DNA of 60,808 nt, filler included. It is 6 parts of 6 records of this genome, joined end to end, with 100 filler letters (N's around TTAATTAATTAA, not from the genome) between each part and the next. Parts side by side here need not be neighbours in the genome. Positions count along the whole stretch, not along the records: positions 46,691 to 52,227 come from SRR31156797_3216; positions 52,328 to 60,808 come from SRR31156797_3228; 4 more parts are not named here. One strand, given 5' to 3'. The notes under the pieces are model-generated. The model was not told the origin of the DNA, did not search any database, and saw nothing but the letters and a program-made list of their open reading frames with translations. How positions within the stretch are numbered: position 1 is the stretch's first letter; every line of letters starts with the position of its first letter. Positions 49,652-58,384 of the stretch are shown piece after piece. Made by a program: the position numbers and the translations under genes.

Positions 49652-50695
49652 GTGAAAAAAATGTATCTGGAAAGAAAAAATAATTTGAATTTTCATATTT
49701 TATTAATAATCTCTTTAGTTGCACATATTTGTGCCTTGATTTTGTTACCTGGAATAAGAGAAAGAGAAATATTAAAAAATGAAGAGATAAAAAAAATCAA
49801 AGCTGGTTTAGTTGTATTAAAAGATGATACTAAGAAAAAAACAGCAGCTGTTAAGAAAAAAGTAGCGAAAAAAACAGAAGTTAAAAAACAAGTTGCAAAA
49901 GTAAAAAAAGCTCCCGAAAAAGTAGAACCTAAAAAAGCAGAACCTAAAAAAGTTGAAAAGAAAGAAGAAGCTGTAAAAGTGGAAGCTCCTAAAAAAGTAG
50001 AACCTAAAAAAGAGATTAAAAAGCCGGTTCTTTCATCTATAAAAAGAAAATCATCGAAAACATTAAAAGCTACATCTGTACTAAGTGTTGAAAAAACAAA
50101 TGTAAACGCAAGCAGATCTGTGGTAAAAACTACTGAATTACCAATTGAAACAACAAATATTAGTAATGCTGAAAATATTGTTTCAAATAGAAAAATTATT
50201 GATTTTGAAACAAAAAATTTACAAGAAGCCAGAGAAGTTACTGATATCAAAGAGTTTGATATTGAAACTGAAAAACGAAAAATAGAACTAATCAAACCTG
50301 TTGAGACAATTAATGATACCAGAACCTTGAATAGTAAAGTAGAAACAGCTAATATTGTCGATTTAGGCGGAAATGAAACAGATATAGCTCTACCTAAAAA
50401 TATCGTATCACAATTAATAGAGGGAAGTGGTACTGTTGAGTGGCCTGATAGTAATAAACTACCTGACTATCCTGAAGAAGCAGAAAGAAATGCTTGGAAT
50501 GGTAAAGTTTCAATAATTTTGGAAGTAATAGAGGGAAGAACAAATTATAGTCATGTAGACCAAAAAAGTGCTTATCCGTCAATAGACAGAGCTGTAGAAA
50601 AAGCTGCGAGAGAGTGGAGAATACTTATTAAGAGTGATGTTGGACAGCTGGTTGACGGAAAAGTAAGAATAACAGTTAAGTTTGATTTTGAATAA
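49652..50695 (+). CDS. tonB: Energy transducer TonB
   Basis: TM with S..AH (ISLVAH), Lys/Glu/Pro-rich linker with EPKK repeats, PDYPEEA...GKV...IDRA...AREW C-domain. Start may be 49661. Confidence 0.85.
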   Translation: MKKMYLERKNNLNFHILLIISLVAHICALILLPGIREREILKNEEIKKIKAGLVVLKDDTKKKTAAVKKKVAKKTEVKKQVAKVKKAPEKVEPKKAEPKKVEKKEEAVKVEAPKKVEPKKEIKKPVLSSIKRKSSKTLKATSVLSVEKTNVNASRSVVKTTELPIETTNISNAENIVSNRKIIDFETKNLQEAREVTDIKEFDIETEKRKIELIKPVETINDTRTLNSKVETANIVDLGGNETDIALPKNIVSQLIEGSGTVEWPDSNKLPDYPEEAERNAWNGKVSIILEVIEGRTNYSHVDQKSAYPSIDRAVEKAAREWRILIKSDVGQLVDGKVRITVKFDFE

Positions 50696-50772
50696 AAAAT
50701 CTATAGTTTTTAAAAGTCTTATACTTAGATAATAGACCTAGATAATCAAAAGACTTTTTAGAAAGGAAGCTT

Positions 50773-52167
50773 ATGAAAGTATTAGGAGTAATGCTTGATA
50801 AAAAAACAGAGCAAGAATTAGAAAAAGGTTTTCATGAGAAAATTAATTTCATAGATAGTTATACAGATTTGTTTGAGGATATCAAGAAAAACAAACATGA
50901 TGCTGTTGTTATGGACGCTGATGGGGCACCATTTCAAAAACTTCTTGAACTAATAGAACGAATAGTTAATTTCCAGAAGAAAACTATTATAATTATTCTG
51001 GGAGAGAAAATAAACTTAAATTTTGTAGCTGGTTGTATAAAAGCGGGAGCATATGATTATATGCCAAAACCTGCTGATGCAGAAAAAATCTACAGTAATA
51101 TCCAACAAGTGATGAAAAACAGAAGAGCAAGAGCTGAAAGACTTGATAAAAATCAATTTGTTGAAGCTGAAAGTGTAATAGGTAATACAAAGCAAATGCT
51201 TGAGATATATAAAATGATCGGTAAAGTAGCAGCAAGCCACGTATCTCTTTTTATGTCCGGTGAAAGTGGAACAGGAAAACAGCTTATTGCAAAAGCTATT
51301 CATAATTTGAGTAATGACAGTGATATGGCCTTTGTACCTGTGAACTGTATGATGTTAAAAGAGGATGTTTTCGAGAAAAGATTCTTTGGTGTGGAAAAAG
51401 AAGAAATTGATGGAAGTATCAATATACAGCCTGGTTATCTGGAACAGGCTGATAATGGGACTTTGTTTTTAAAAGAAGTCTCTGAACTAGGTATGAATAT
51501 GCAGGCAAAACTTCTGGAAGTATTACAAGAGGGCGAATATACAAGAGTTGGTGGAACAAGAGTTAGAAAAACTAATGCCAGAATAATCGCGTCAAGTGGT
51601 GTAAATCTGGAGGATTTAATATATGAAGGCAAATTTAGAGAAGATTTGTATCATAAATTAAAAGTTGTAGAGATGACAGTTCCTTCACTAAGAGAAAGAA
51701 AAGATGATATTCCATTAATAGTAAATTACTGTGTAAAAATAAATAACGAAGTTCTTGGTTATAATATCAAAGGTGTCTCAAAAGCTGCAATGGAAAAGAT
51801 ATTAAAATATGATTGGCCCGGAAATATTAGAGAACTTAGAAATACGATAAAATCATCAATGGAGCTTTGTAGAGGGAATAGTATTCTAGTAGAAGATTTA
51901 CCTGCAAGTGTTAAAGGGACTAAATCTTCTAGAAGAGAAGGAGATCTACAAGACTGGGTACTTGCTGACTGGGTAGAGAGTGAGCTCGAAATCCTTAAAG
52001 CCGGAGATGAAAAAAGTTATTTTGAAAAAGTCGTATCAAGAGTAGAACGAGAACTAATAAAACAGGTTTTGGAATTAAACAACGGAAAAAAAGTAGATAC
52101 AGCTGAAATACTAGGAATTACTAGAAATACATTAAGATCAAAAATGAATAATTATGGATTGGAATAG
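50773..52167 (+). CDS. NtrC-like receiver-AAA+-Fis regulator with degenerate sigma54-contact and Walker B motifs
   Basis: GAYDYMPKP, GESGTGKQ, FFGVEKEEIDGS (no GAFTGA), TLFLKEV, FREDLYHKL, WPGNIREL, AEILGITRNTLRSKM. Confidence 0.9.
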   Translation: MKVLGVMLDKKTEQELEKGFHEKINFIDSYTDLFEDIKKNKHDAVVMDADGAPFQKLLELIERIVNFQKKTIIIILGEKINLNFVAGCIKAGAYDYMPKPADAEKIYSNIQQVMKNRRARAERLDKNQFVEAESVIGNTKQMLEIYKMIGKVAASHVSLFMSGESGTGKQLIAKAIHNLSNDSDMAFVPVNCMMLKEDVFEKRFFGVEKEEIDGSINIQPGYLEQADNGTLFLKEVSELGMNMQAKLLEVLQEGEYTRVGGTRVRKTNARIIASSGVNLEDLIYEGKFREDLYHKLKVVEMTVPSLRERKDDIPLIVNYCVKINNEVLGYNIKGVSKAAMEKILKYDWPGNIRELRNTIKSSMELCRGNSILVEDLPASVKGTKSSRREGDLQDWVLADWVESELEILKAGDEKSYFEKVVSRVERELIKQVLELNNGKKVDTAEILGITRNTLRSKMNNYGLE

Positions 52168-52194
52168 TTATAAAAATAATTTGGGAATAAAAAG

Positions 52195-52222
52195 AAATCA
52201 GCTCTAATTGAGCTGATTTTTT
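52195..52222 (+). terminator. Intrinsic terminator
   Basis: AAATCAGCTC-taatt-GAGCTGATTT followed by a T-tract. Confidence 0.85.
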
Positions 52223-52227
52223 GTTGA

Positions 52228-52327
52228 NNNNNNNNNNNNNNNNNNNNNNNNNNNNNNNNNNNNNNNNNNNNTTAATTAATTAANNNNNNNNNNNNNNNNN
52301 NNNNNNNNNNNNNNNNNNNNNNNNNNN
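52228..52327. other. Artificial contig spacer
   Basis: Same N44-TTAATTAATTAA-N44 linker. Confidence 0.98.
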
Positions 52328-52524
52328 ACGAAAATTTATCCATAGTTGATTTTCAATTAACTTTAAAATAATACAGGAAAAACAAAGGATATTATTTATT
52401 GTTTACCCGTAATCGCTGTTTTTTCTAACTAAAGTTAGGCTTTCCCGACGATTTTTCCTTGCCTTAATTTAAATTGATTTTGAGAAACAGTTGGATTCGC
52501 TATTTTTGCTGAAAAATTAAGACC

Positions 52525-52968
52525 ATGATTCAGAGAATACAGACACTGTTTATGCTTGCAGCAGGATTGCTGACTGGCTCATTATATGTTCAGAAATTTG
52601 CAGATATTATTGTTAACGATGAACTTCATATTTTTAATGCATTCGGAATTTTTAAAGGTGATGAGTTATTATTTAGCGGACTACCACTAATGGTATTAAT
52701 TGGCATTGTTACCGCTCTTCACTTAATTGCGATATTCCTTTTTAAGAAAAGAATTTTACAAATTCGGCTAATGGTCTTTACCATTATTCTGTTATTGGGA
52801 TTATTTGGAATGTTTTTCTACTTTGTTTATTTCAGTTTTGAAGAAGTAAAAGTAGCTTTTAAAGTTGCCACAGCTTTACCTCTTGTAGCCATTATTTTAG
52901 ATTGGCTGGCAATTAGAGCCATTGGTAAAGATGAAGCGATGGTAAGGAGTTTGGATCGGATTCGATAA
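52525..52968 (+). CDS. DUF4293-family membrane protein
   Basis: MIQRIQTL start, IFLFKKRILQ, AIRAIGKDEAMVRSLDRIR end; TATTTTTG (-7 box) at 52501-52508. Confidence 0.88.
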   Translation: MIQRIQTLFMLAAGLLTGSLYVQKFADIIVNDELHIFNAFGIFKGDELLFSGLPLMVLIGIVTALHLIAIFLFKKRILQIRLMVFTIILLLGLFGMFFYFVYFSFEEVKVAFKVATALPLVAIILDWLAIRAIGKDEAMVRSLDRIR

Positions 52969-53040
52969 TCTTCCGGCTTTTAAAACTCCCATCACAGAAG
53001 GGAGTAAGTTCGTTTTTCAACACCTAAAATTTCATTTCGT

Positions 53041-53763
53041 ATGCAAGCAATGATTTTTGCCGCCGGTTTAGGAACACGTTTATTGGATGAAACTTCGGAT
53101 AAACCCAAGGCGTTGGTAACCGTTGGTGGAAAACCTTTGTTACAGCATGCCATAGAGAAATTAGTACATGCAGGGGTAAGCCTAATTGTTATAAATGTAC
53201 ATCACTTTGCCGACCAGGTAATTGCTTTTGTAAAAAGTAAAAATTGGGGTGTTCCGGTCTTTATTTCTGAAGAAAGAGATCAACTGCTTGAAACAGGTGG
53301 TGGCCTGAAAAAGGCAGCTTCGTATTTTGCGAAAAATGAATCGATAATTATTTACAACGTAGATATTTTAAGCAACCTTGATCTTAATCTTTTAGAAAAA
53401 GAGCATAAAAAATCGGATGCTATTGCTACACTTGTGGTCAGAGACAGAAAAACACAACGTTACTTTAAATTCGACGCGGATAAAAACCTTGCAGGCTGGA
53501 TAAATAAAAAAACCTGTGAAACAAAAATTTCCAGGTCTCAATCGTTTTACAATGCAAAAGAAATGGCTTTTAGCGGTATTCATATTGTAAAACCCGAAGT
53601 GCTTGAACACATGCCGGTTAAAGATCGTTTTTCGATCGTAAAAATTTACCTTGAACTGGCTAGAACCCAAAATATAAAAGGATTTTTCGACACATCGGAG
53701 TTGTGGATGGATGTTGGAAAACCGGAACAACTTCAGGAAGCAAGAAACCAGTTTAGCAGGTAA
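53041..53763 (+). CDS. Sugar-phosphate nucleotidyltransferase (MurU-like)
   Basis: AMIFAAGLGTRL...KPKAL, INVHH, LLETGGGL, NVDI, WMDVGKPE. Confidence 0.9.
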   Translation: MQAMIFAAGLGTRLLDETSDKPKALVTVGGKPLLQHAIEKLVHAGVSLIVINVHHFADQVIAFVKSKNWGVPVFISEERDQLLETGGGLKKAASYFAKNESIIIYNVDILSNLDLNLLEKEHKKSDAIATLVVRDRKTQRYFKFDADKNLAGWINKKTCETKISRSQSFYNAKEMAFSGIHIVKPEVLEHMPVKDRFSIVKIYLELARTQNIKGFFDTSELWMDVGKPEQLQEARNQFSR

Positions 53764-53856
53764 CATTAAGCTTTACAAATGATTATTAGTTCATTTAAAC
53801 TATAAAGGAAAATTATTGTAACTTCATTTTTTTTCAGATAAACACTTAAATCAGCT

Positions 53857-54432
53857 ATGAAACTCAGTCCAAGAATACAATTTCTGTTAAGGAATAGTTT
53901 AAAAGGATTTGTTTGGCTCTTTATCATTTTAGGAGCCTATTTTCTTTTTAAAGAATTGGTGATTTCGCAAGCCCCTGATGAATGGGTTGAGCAAATTTAT
54001 GCAAAACCGATACTGATTTACCTCGTTTATTGCTTTTCCGAATTTTTCTTTGGAATTCTACCGCCCGAGTTCTTTATGATTTGGGCTATAAATAAAGATA
54101 CTGTTGCCCATTACTTTCTGAACCTGGCCTTTTTTGCGGTCGTCTCTTACATTATGGGCTATGTTACCTTTTTAATTGGACGTTTTTTATACAACCGCGA
54201 TTTTTTCAAACGTTTTAAAAAAACCATGTTGAAGGAACAATGGCCTTTGTTAAAGAAGTATGGTTTGTTTCTTATTATTGTTGCAGCACTTACACCAATA
54301 CCCTGGGCTGCCGTTAGCTTGTTGGTGGGCTCGGCCGGATACCCCTCAAAGCGCTACCTTAAATACGCTTTGTTTCGTTTTTTGCGATTTGCCGTTTATG
54401 GCTACATCATTTTTCAAACCCATGTAATTTAA
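53857..54432 (+). CDS. DedA/VTT (YqaA-like) membrane protein
   Basis: SEFFFGILPPEFF, KKYG..LIIVAALTPIPW, RFLRF. Confidence 0.8.
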   Translation: MKLSPRIQFLLRNSLKGFVWLFIILGAYFLFKELVISQAPDEWVEQIYAKPILIYLVYCFSEFFFGILPPEFFMIWAINKDTVAHYFLNLAFFAVVSYIMGYVTFLIGRFLYNRDFFKRFKKTMLKEQWPLLKKYGLFLIIVAALTPIPWAAVSLLVGSAGYPSKRYLKYALFRFLRFAVYGYIIFQTHVI

Positions 54433-54486
54433 GAAGGCATAAAACATAGCTCCTCGACTTTTGTTATAAAAGAAAAAAATTGAGGA

Positions 54487-54783
54487 ATGATTAAACGTTT
54501 TAAAGAGAAGTGGAAAATAAAAAGTAATTTTCAACTCCTGTTAATCCTGGCTGTCTTTTCAATAACCGGCAGTACTACAGTATACCTTAGAAGACAAATT
54601 TTTGAACTAATTGGCATTGGCTCCGAAACTGCTTTGTGGATTAAAATCCCCCTTTACATTATAATTATATTCCCGCTATATCAAATGATGTTTTTAATAG
54701 TTGGAACCTTGTTCGGGCAATTTAAATTTGCCTGGGAATTTGAAAAGAAGGTATTTAATCGTTTTATTCCGAAAAAGAAATGA
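54487..54783 (+). CDS. Small membrane protein, DUF6787-like
   Basis: RFKEKW.IKSNFQ, VFSITGS, PLYQ, FGQFKFAWEFEKK. Confidence 0.75.
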   Translation: MIKRFKEKWKIKSNFQLLLILAVFSITGSTTVYLRRQIFELIGIGSETALWIKIPLYIIIIFPLYQMMFLIVGTLFGQFKFAWEFEKKVFNRFIPKKK

Positions 54784-55370
54784 AGCTGTTTTTTTATATA
54801 CTTTTAATTACCATATCGAATTATACAATGAGTGCAGAATTGGAAAAAGCCACCCTGGGTGGAGGATGTTTTTGGTGTACCGAGGCCATTTACCTGGAAT
54901 TAAAAGGCGTACTTGATGTGAAACCAGGCTACAGTGGTGGTCATGTTGAGAATCCGACCTACAAACAGGTTTGCGAAGAAACAACTGGCCATGCCGAGGT
55001 TATTCATATAAGCTTTGATCCGGAAGTTGTGAGTTATTCACAAATATTAGAAGTGTTTTTTATGACACACGATCCCACAACTTTAAATCGCCAGGGAAAT
55101 GATGTGGGTACCCAATATCGTTCAGCCGTATTCTACCATTCCGAACAACAAAAACACACTGCAGAAAAGGTTATTGAGCTATTTGAAAAAGAAAAGGTCT
55201 ACAACAAACCAATCGTAACTGAAGTAACAAAGTTCGATAAGTTTTATATGGCTGAAGATTATCACATCAACTATTTCGCACGTAATAAAACACAAGGATA
55301 CTGCCAGTTTGTGGTGGGACCCAAGTTGGATAAATTCAGAAAGATTTTTAAAGATCAATTGAAGAAATAA
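54780..55370 (+). CDS. msrA: Peptide-methionine (S)-S-oxide reductase
   Basis: GGGCFWC, GYSGG, TGHAEV, HDPTTLNRQGNDVGTQYRS, AEDYH. Start may be 54828. Confidence 0.97.
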   Translation: MKLFFYILLITISNYTMSAELEKATLGGGCFWCTEAIYLELKGVLDVKPGYSGGHVENPTYKQVCEETTGHAEVIHISFDPEVVSYSQILEVFFMTHDPTTLNRQGNDVGTQYRSAVFYHSEQQKHTAEKVIELFEKEKVYNKPIVTEVTKFDKFYMAEDYHINYFARNKTQGYCQFVVGPKLDKFRKIFKDQLKK

Positions 55371-55401
55371 TAATTCTACTTGTTTTGCTAAGATGAGAGA
55401 A

Positions 55402-55791
55402 ATGAAAAACTATTTATTTCCTATTGCTTCTTAATCCTTGTTTTTATAAACCTGGCATAAGATCAACGCGAATTTTCATACACCGAAGGAGATACCACCT
55501 ATACAATGAAACGTTATGTATTTATGCTTTTAAATCTCAACCAGGATTCCGTACAATCGTCAACAATTCAGGCACAGCATCTGGTGCATTTAAATAAACT
55601 CCCAAAAGATGGGAAGCTGGTTGTTGCCGGCCCGTTTGAGGAAGGAGATGACCATCGTAGACTCTTGATTTTTGATGTGGCGACAGTTGAAGAAGCCTTA
55701 AAAGTGGAAAGCGAAGATCCGGCAGTAAAACCAGCCGTTTAAAAATGGAAGCTTTTATTGGTGGGGAGCCAAAGGAACCGTAATTAATTAA
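55402..55791 (+). pseudogene. Decayed YciI-family exported protein
   Basis: Core IQAQHLVHLNKL..DGKLVVAGPF...LIFDV.TVEEA....EDPAVK. Upstream: a broken signal peptide and in-frame TAA before DQREFSYTEGDTTYTM. Downstream: RLKMEAF and WWGAKG in shifted frames. Confidence 0.75.
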
Positions 55792-55800
55792 CCAGAACTA

Positions 55801-56484
55801 TCAGGAATTCAACTTAGCCAGCAGATTGTCTTTAAAACTTAAACTTACCGGTAATTTGTGTTCACCAAGATTTACCTGGTTTCCTTCCAGATACACAACT
55901 TTACCGATTGAAATTACATATGACTTATGTATGCGTACAAATTTTGATTCGGGCAATAACCCAATAAAATCCTTCATGGTTCCGTGCACCATTAGCGACT
56001 GGGATTGTGTTACAAATCGGACATAATCGCCCTGTGCTTCCAGGTAAATAATTTCATCGTAGCTTAGCCGGTAGTTCTTTTTATTGGCCCGCACCATTAC
56101 ATGCTGCTTACCCGGTTCTTCTTTTGCGGCATGCCGTTCAAGTGCCCGGTTAACACCAGCTCTGAATCGTTCAAACGATACAGGCTTTAGTAAGTAATCA
56201 ACTGCATCAATCTCAAATCCTTCAATGGCATATTCAGGATAAGCCGTTACAAGAATAAACAAAGGAGACTCCTTTAAACTTTTTACCAGACCGATTCCAC
56301 TTAATTTAGGCATATTTATATCCAGAAAAAGTAAATCAATATTTTCTTTCTTTAAAAGCTCACCTGCTTCCAAAGCATCGTTACAAACAGCAACAAGGTT
56401 TAATTCCGGACAGGCTTTCACATAATCCTCAAGCATTTCCTGCGAAAGAGGCTCATCATCGATTATCAAGCAATTTAATTTCAT
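55801..56484 (-). CDS. LytTR-family response regulator
   Basis: IIDDEP, FLDINMP, TAY, DYLLKP, IIYLEAQGDYV, FVRIHKSY. Confidence 0.95.
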   Translation of the reverse strand: MKLNCLIIDDEPLSQEMLEDYVKACPELNLVAVCNDALEAGELLKKENIDLLFLDINMPKLSGIGLVKSLKESPLFILVTAYPEYAIEGFEIDAVDYLLKPVSFERFRAGVNRALERHAAKEEPGKQHVMVRANKKNYRLSYDEIIYLEAQGDYVRFVTQSQSLMVHGTMKDFIGLLPESKFVRIHKSYVISIGKVVYLEGNQVNLGEHKLPVSLSFKDNLLAKLNS

Positions 56485-56545
56485 TATTTAGAGTCCATTT
56501 TTCTGTTTATAGAGAAACAACTGCTTCAAAAAAATAATTTCAAAC

Positions 56546-57580
56546 CTATTTTAACTGCACCTGTAAAAGTACCTTAAAAACATGTGTATTGTTCGATATT
56601 TTTAACAAATGCTGTCCCGGGTAAATTAGTTCCAGCCGTTTTTTTACATTCTCAATACCAATTCCTTTGTATTTGGTTAAAACCGGGTCGTTTGCTTTTC
56701 CTTTACTGTTTTCAACCACAAAATGCAGCACATTCCCCATTACTTCAAGTTGAATTTTAACATAGGCCTGATCGGCTCCACCTTTTAAACCATGTTTAAA
56801 ACTGTTCTCCACAAATGGTAAAAAGAGTAAGGGAGCCACTTTTTTCCCTTTAATTTCATTAATAATTTTAAACTGAATATTCTGGTTATTTTTGGTTCGC
56901 AGGTTTTGTAATTCGATGTAATTCTGAATCATTTCAATTTCCTTTTCCAAATCGATTAAATCAGAGTCGGAATCGTAAATAATGTGGCGCATCAGGTCGC
57001 TAAGCTGAATAATTTTTTCAGGAACCTGTTTTGATTCTTTTCGTGCCAAACTGTAAATGCTATTTAGCGAATTAAAAAGAAAATGTGGATTTACCTGCGA
57101 TTTGAGTGCTTTCAGTTCAGCCAACGATTTTTCGTGCTCCAGTTCCTGCGCCCGAAACCATCCGCGTGCCAAATGAATTAGACTGGTTGCCAGCAGAAAA
57201 ATGGCAAAAAACAATGAGATATCCCAAAAGCTGTAGTAAGCAATAAAATAATACCCGGTAAATATGTAGTCAATCCAGTTGTCAAAAAGAAAAAGATAAA
57301 ACACTGCACCCGAAGCTGCAAGTGCAATTACAGCGAACGAATAAGAAAAATATAAGCCTTTATCCCAAAACAATGGAAACAATAAACGTAAATTCAGGTA
57401 AACAATTAATACAATAGGCACATGAAAAACTGCTGTATAAATCAGGTCGATCTGTTTTACATCGGCCGAAACCTTAAGTACATTTACGAGAATTAAAAAC
57501 GACAAACACCAAAACAGGATATGTTGCAATATCCTGTCGCGTGCAATACGGCCAAAAACTATTTTAAAATATCGTTTCAT
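56546..57580 (-). CDS. LytS/YehU-type sensor histidine kinase
   Basis: Four TM, ELKALKSQVNPHFLFNSLNSIY, PFVENSFKHG, GIGIENVKKRL. Confidence 0.95.
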   Translation of the reverse strand: MKRYFKIVFGRIARDRILQHILFWCLSFLILVNVLKVSADVKQIDLIYTAVFHVPIVLIVYLNLRLLFPLFWDKGLYFSYSFAVIALAASGAVFYLFLFDNWIDYIFTGYYFIAYYSFWDISLFFAIFLLATSLIHLARGWFRAQELEHEKSLAELKALKSQVNPHFLFNSLNSIYSLARKESKQVPEKIIQLSDLMRHIIYDSDSDLIDLEKEIEMIQNYIELQNLRTKNNQNIQFKIINEIKGKKVAPLLFLPFVENSFKHGLKGGADQAYVKIQLEVMGNVLHFVVENSKGKANDPVLTKYKGIGIENVKKRLELIYPGQHLLKISNNTHVFKVLLQVQLK

Positions 57581-58209
57581 TATTTTCGAAATAAAACAAC
57601 TTCCAGACCATCTTCAAAAGCTTCTGTTGAATTCACATATTTTGTCACAAATTTTTGCAACTCTTTTGGTTTAGCTGTTAGCAAAGTAAAGTCCTCATTT
57701 TGCTCATGATGTATTCGAATTTTGTTTTCTTTGATCAAATCACCCAACCAATCCTGATCAAACCAGTTAATAGTTAGTTTGTCCTCTTCAACAGTTAGTT
57801 TTGCAAAAGTATGGACAGGAACAATATGAAATGAGGCCAAGCTAACCTCTTCATCAAATGGAAAATCTTCAAGATAAAAATCGAGGAAATAATGCCCTCC
57901 TAATTCGATGATATGAACCCTGAAATCGGCGGATACAACATTACCCCCCTCTTTTGTTTTTAAGGTTAACACATACGATGTACTATCAAGCAGGCCATCT
58001 TCTTTTTTACCAATATACGGATGCCTAAAAAACCATCCCAAATTGTCATCAAATCTCATCTCCTGTTCATCAGCTTCATACCACTCTCCTGCGAGAATAT
58101 CATTTGGAAACAAATCTTTTTCGGTATAAAGCGGATAGAATGAATAAACTACACAACCCGAAAATAGAACGGTAAGGATTAATACAATTGAAAAATTTCT
58201 TGCTTTCAT
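57580..58209 (-). CDS. Hypothetical lipoprotein, first gene of the LytTR operon
   Basis: Lipobox LFSGC; S.YPLY, GEW, YFLDF, VPVHTFAK, ELQKFV.KY; stop overlaps the kinase start. Confidence 0.8.
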   Translation of the reverse strand: MKARNFSIVLILTVLFSGCVVYSFYPLYTEKDLFPNDILAGEWYEADEQEMRFDDNLGWFFRHPYIGKKEDGLLDSTSYVLTLKTKEGGNVVSADFRVHIIELGGHYFLDFYLEDFPFDEEVSLASFHIVPVHTFAKLTVEEDKLTINWFDQDWLGDLIKENKIRIHHEQNEDFTLLTAKPKELQKFVTKYVNSTEAFEDGLEVVLFRK

Positions 58210-58235
58210 TTTAATTGGTTTTTGAAATTCTTCAT

Positions 58236-58303
58236 CAAAAGTATTGGGATAATATTTTGGATACGCATTTTTTCGTTAAGATGAAACTTTTTGTCGTTGA
58301 GAT
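58236..58303 (-). promoter_or_regulatory. Promoter with tandem putative LytTR operator
   Basis: Minus strand: ATCTCAACGA (58303-58294) and ATCTTAACGA (58282-58273), 21-bp period, upstream of TACTTTTG (58243-58236). Confidence 0.6.
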
Positions 58304-58384
58304 CGATTCAGTTATTTGCCGGAAGCCGATAGACTGTAAGTCACTTCTTTTCCATATAACGTTAAACCTTGAACCTTAAATTCG

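Noticed and set aside
49900-50030. Short repeats (GAACCTAAAAAAG) as a possible array
   Set aside because: They encode the EPKK repeats of the TonB spacer; no unique spacers and no cas genes.
49693-50295. 200-aa hydrophobic antisense ORF
   Set aside because: It is the reverse complement of the Lys-rich TonB linker (AAA read as TTT).
52328-52343. Minus-strand start MDKFS at the contig edge, reminiscent of Bacteroidota sucA
   Set aside because: Five codons are too few to support a call.
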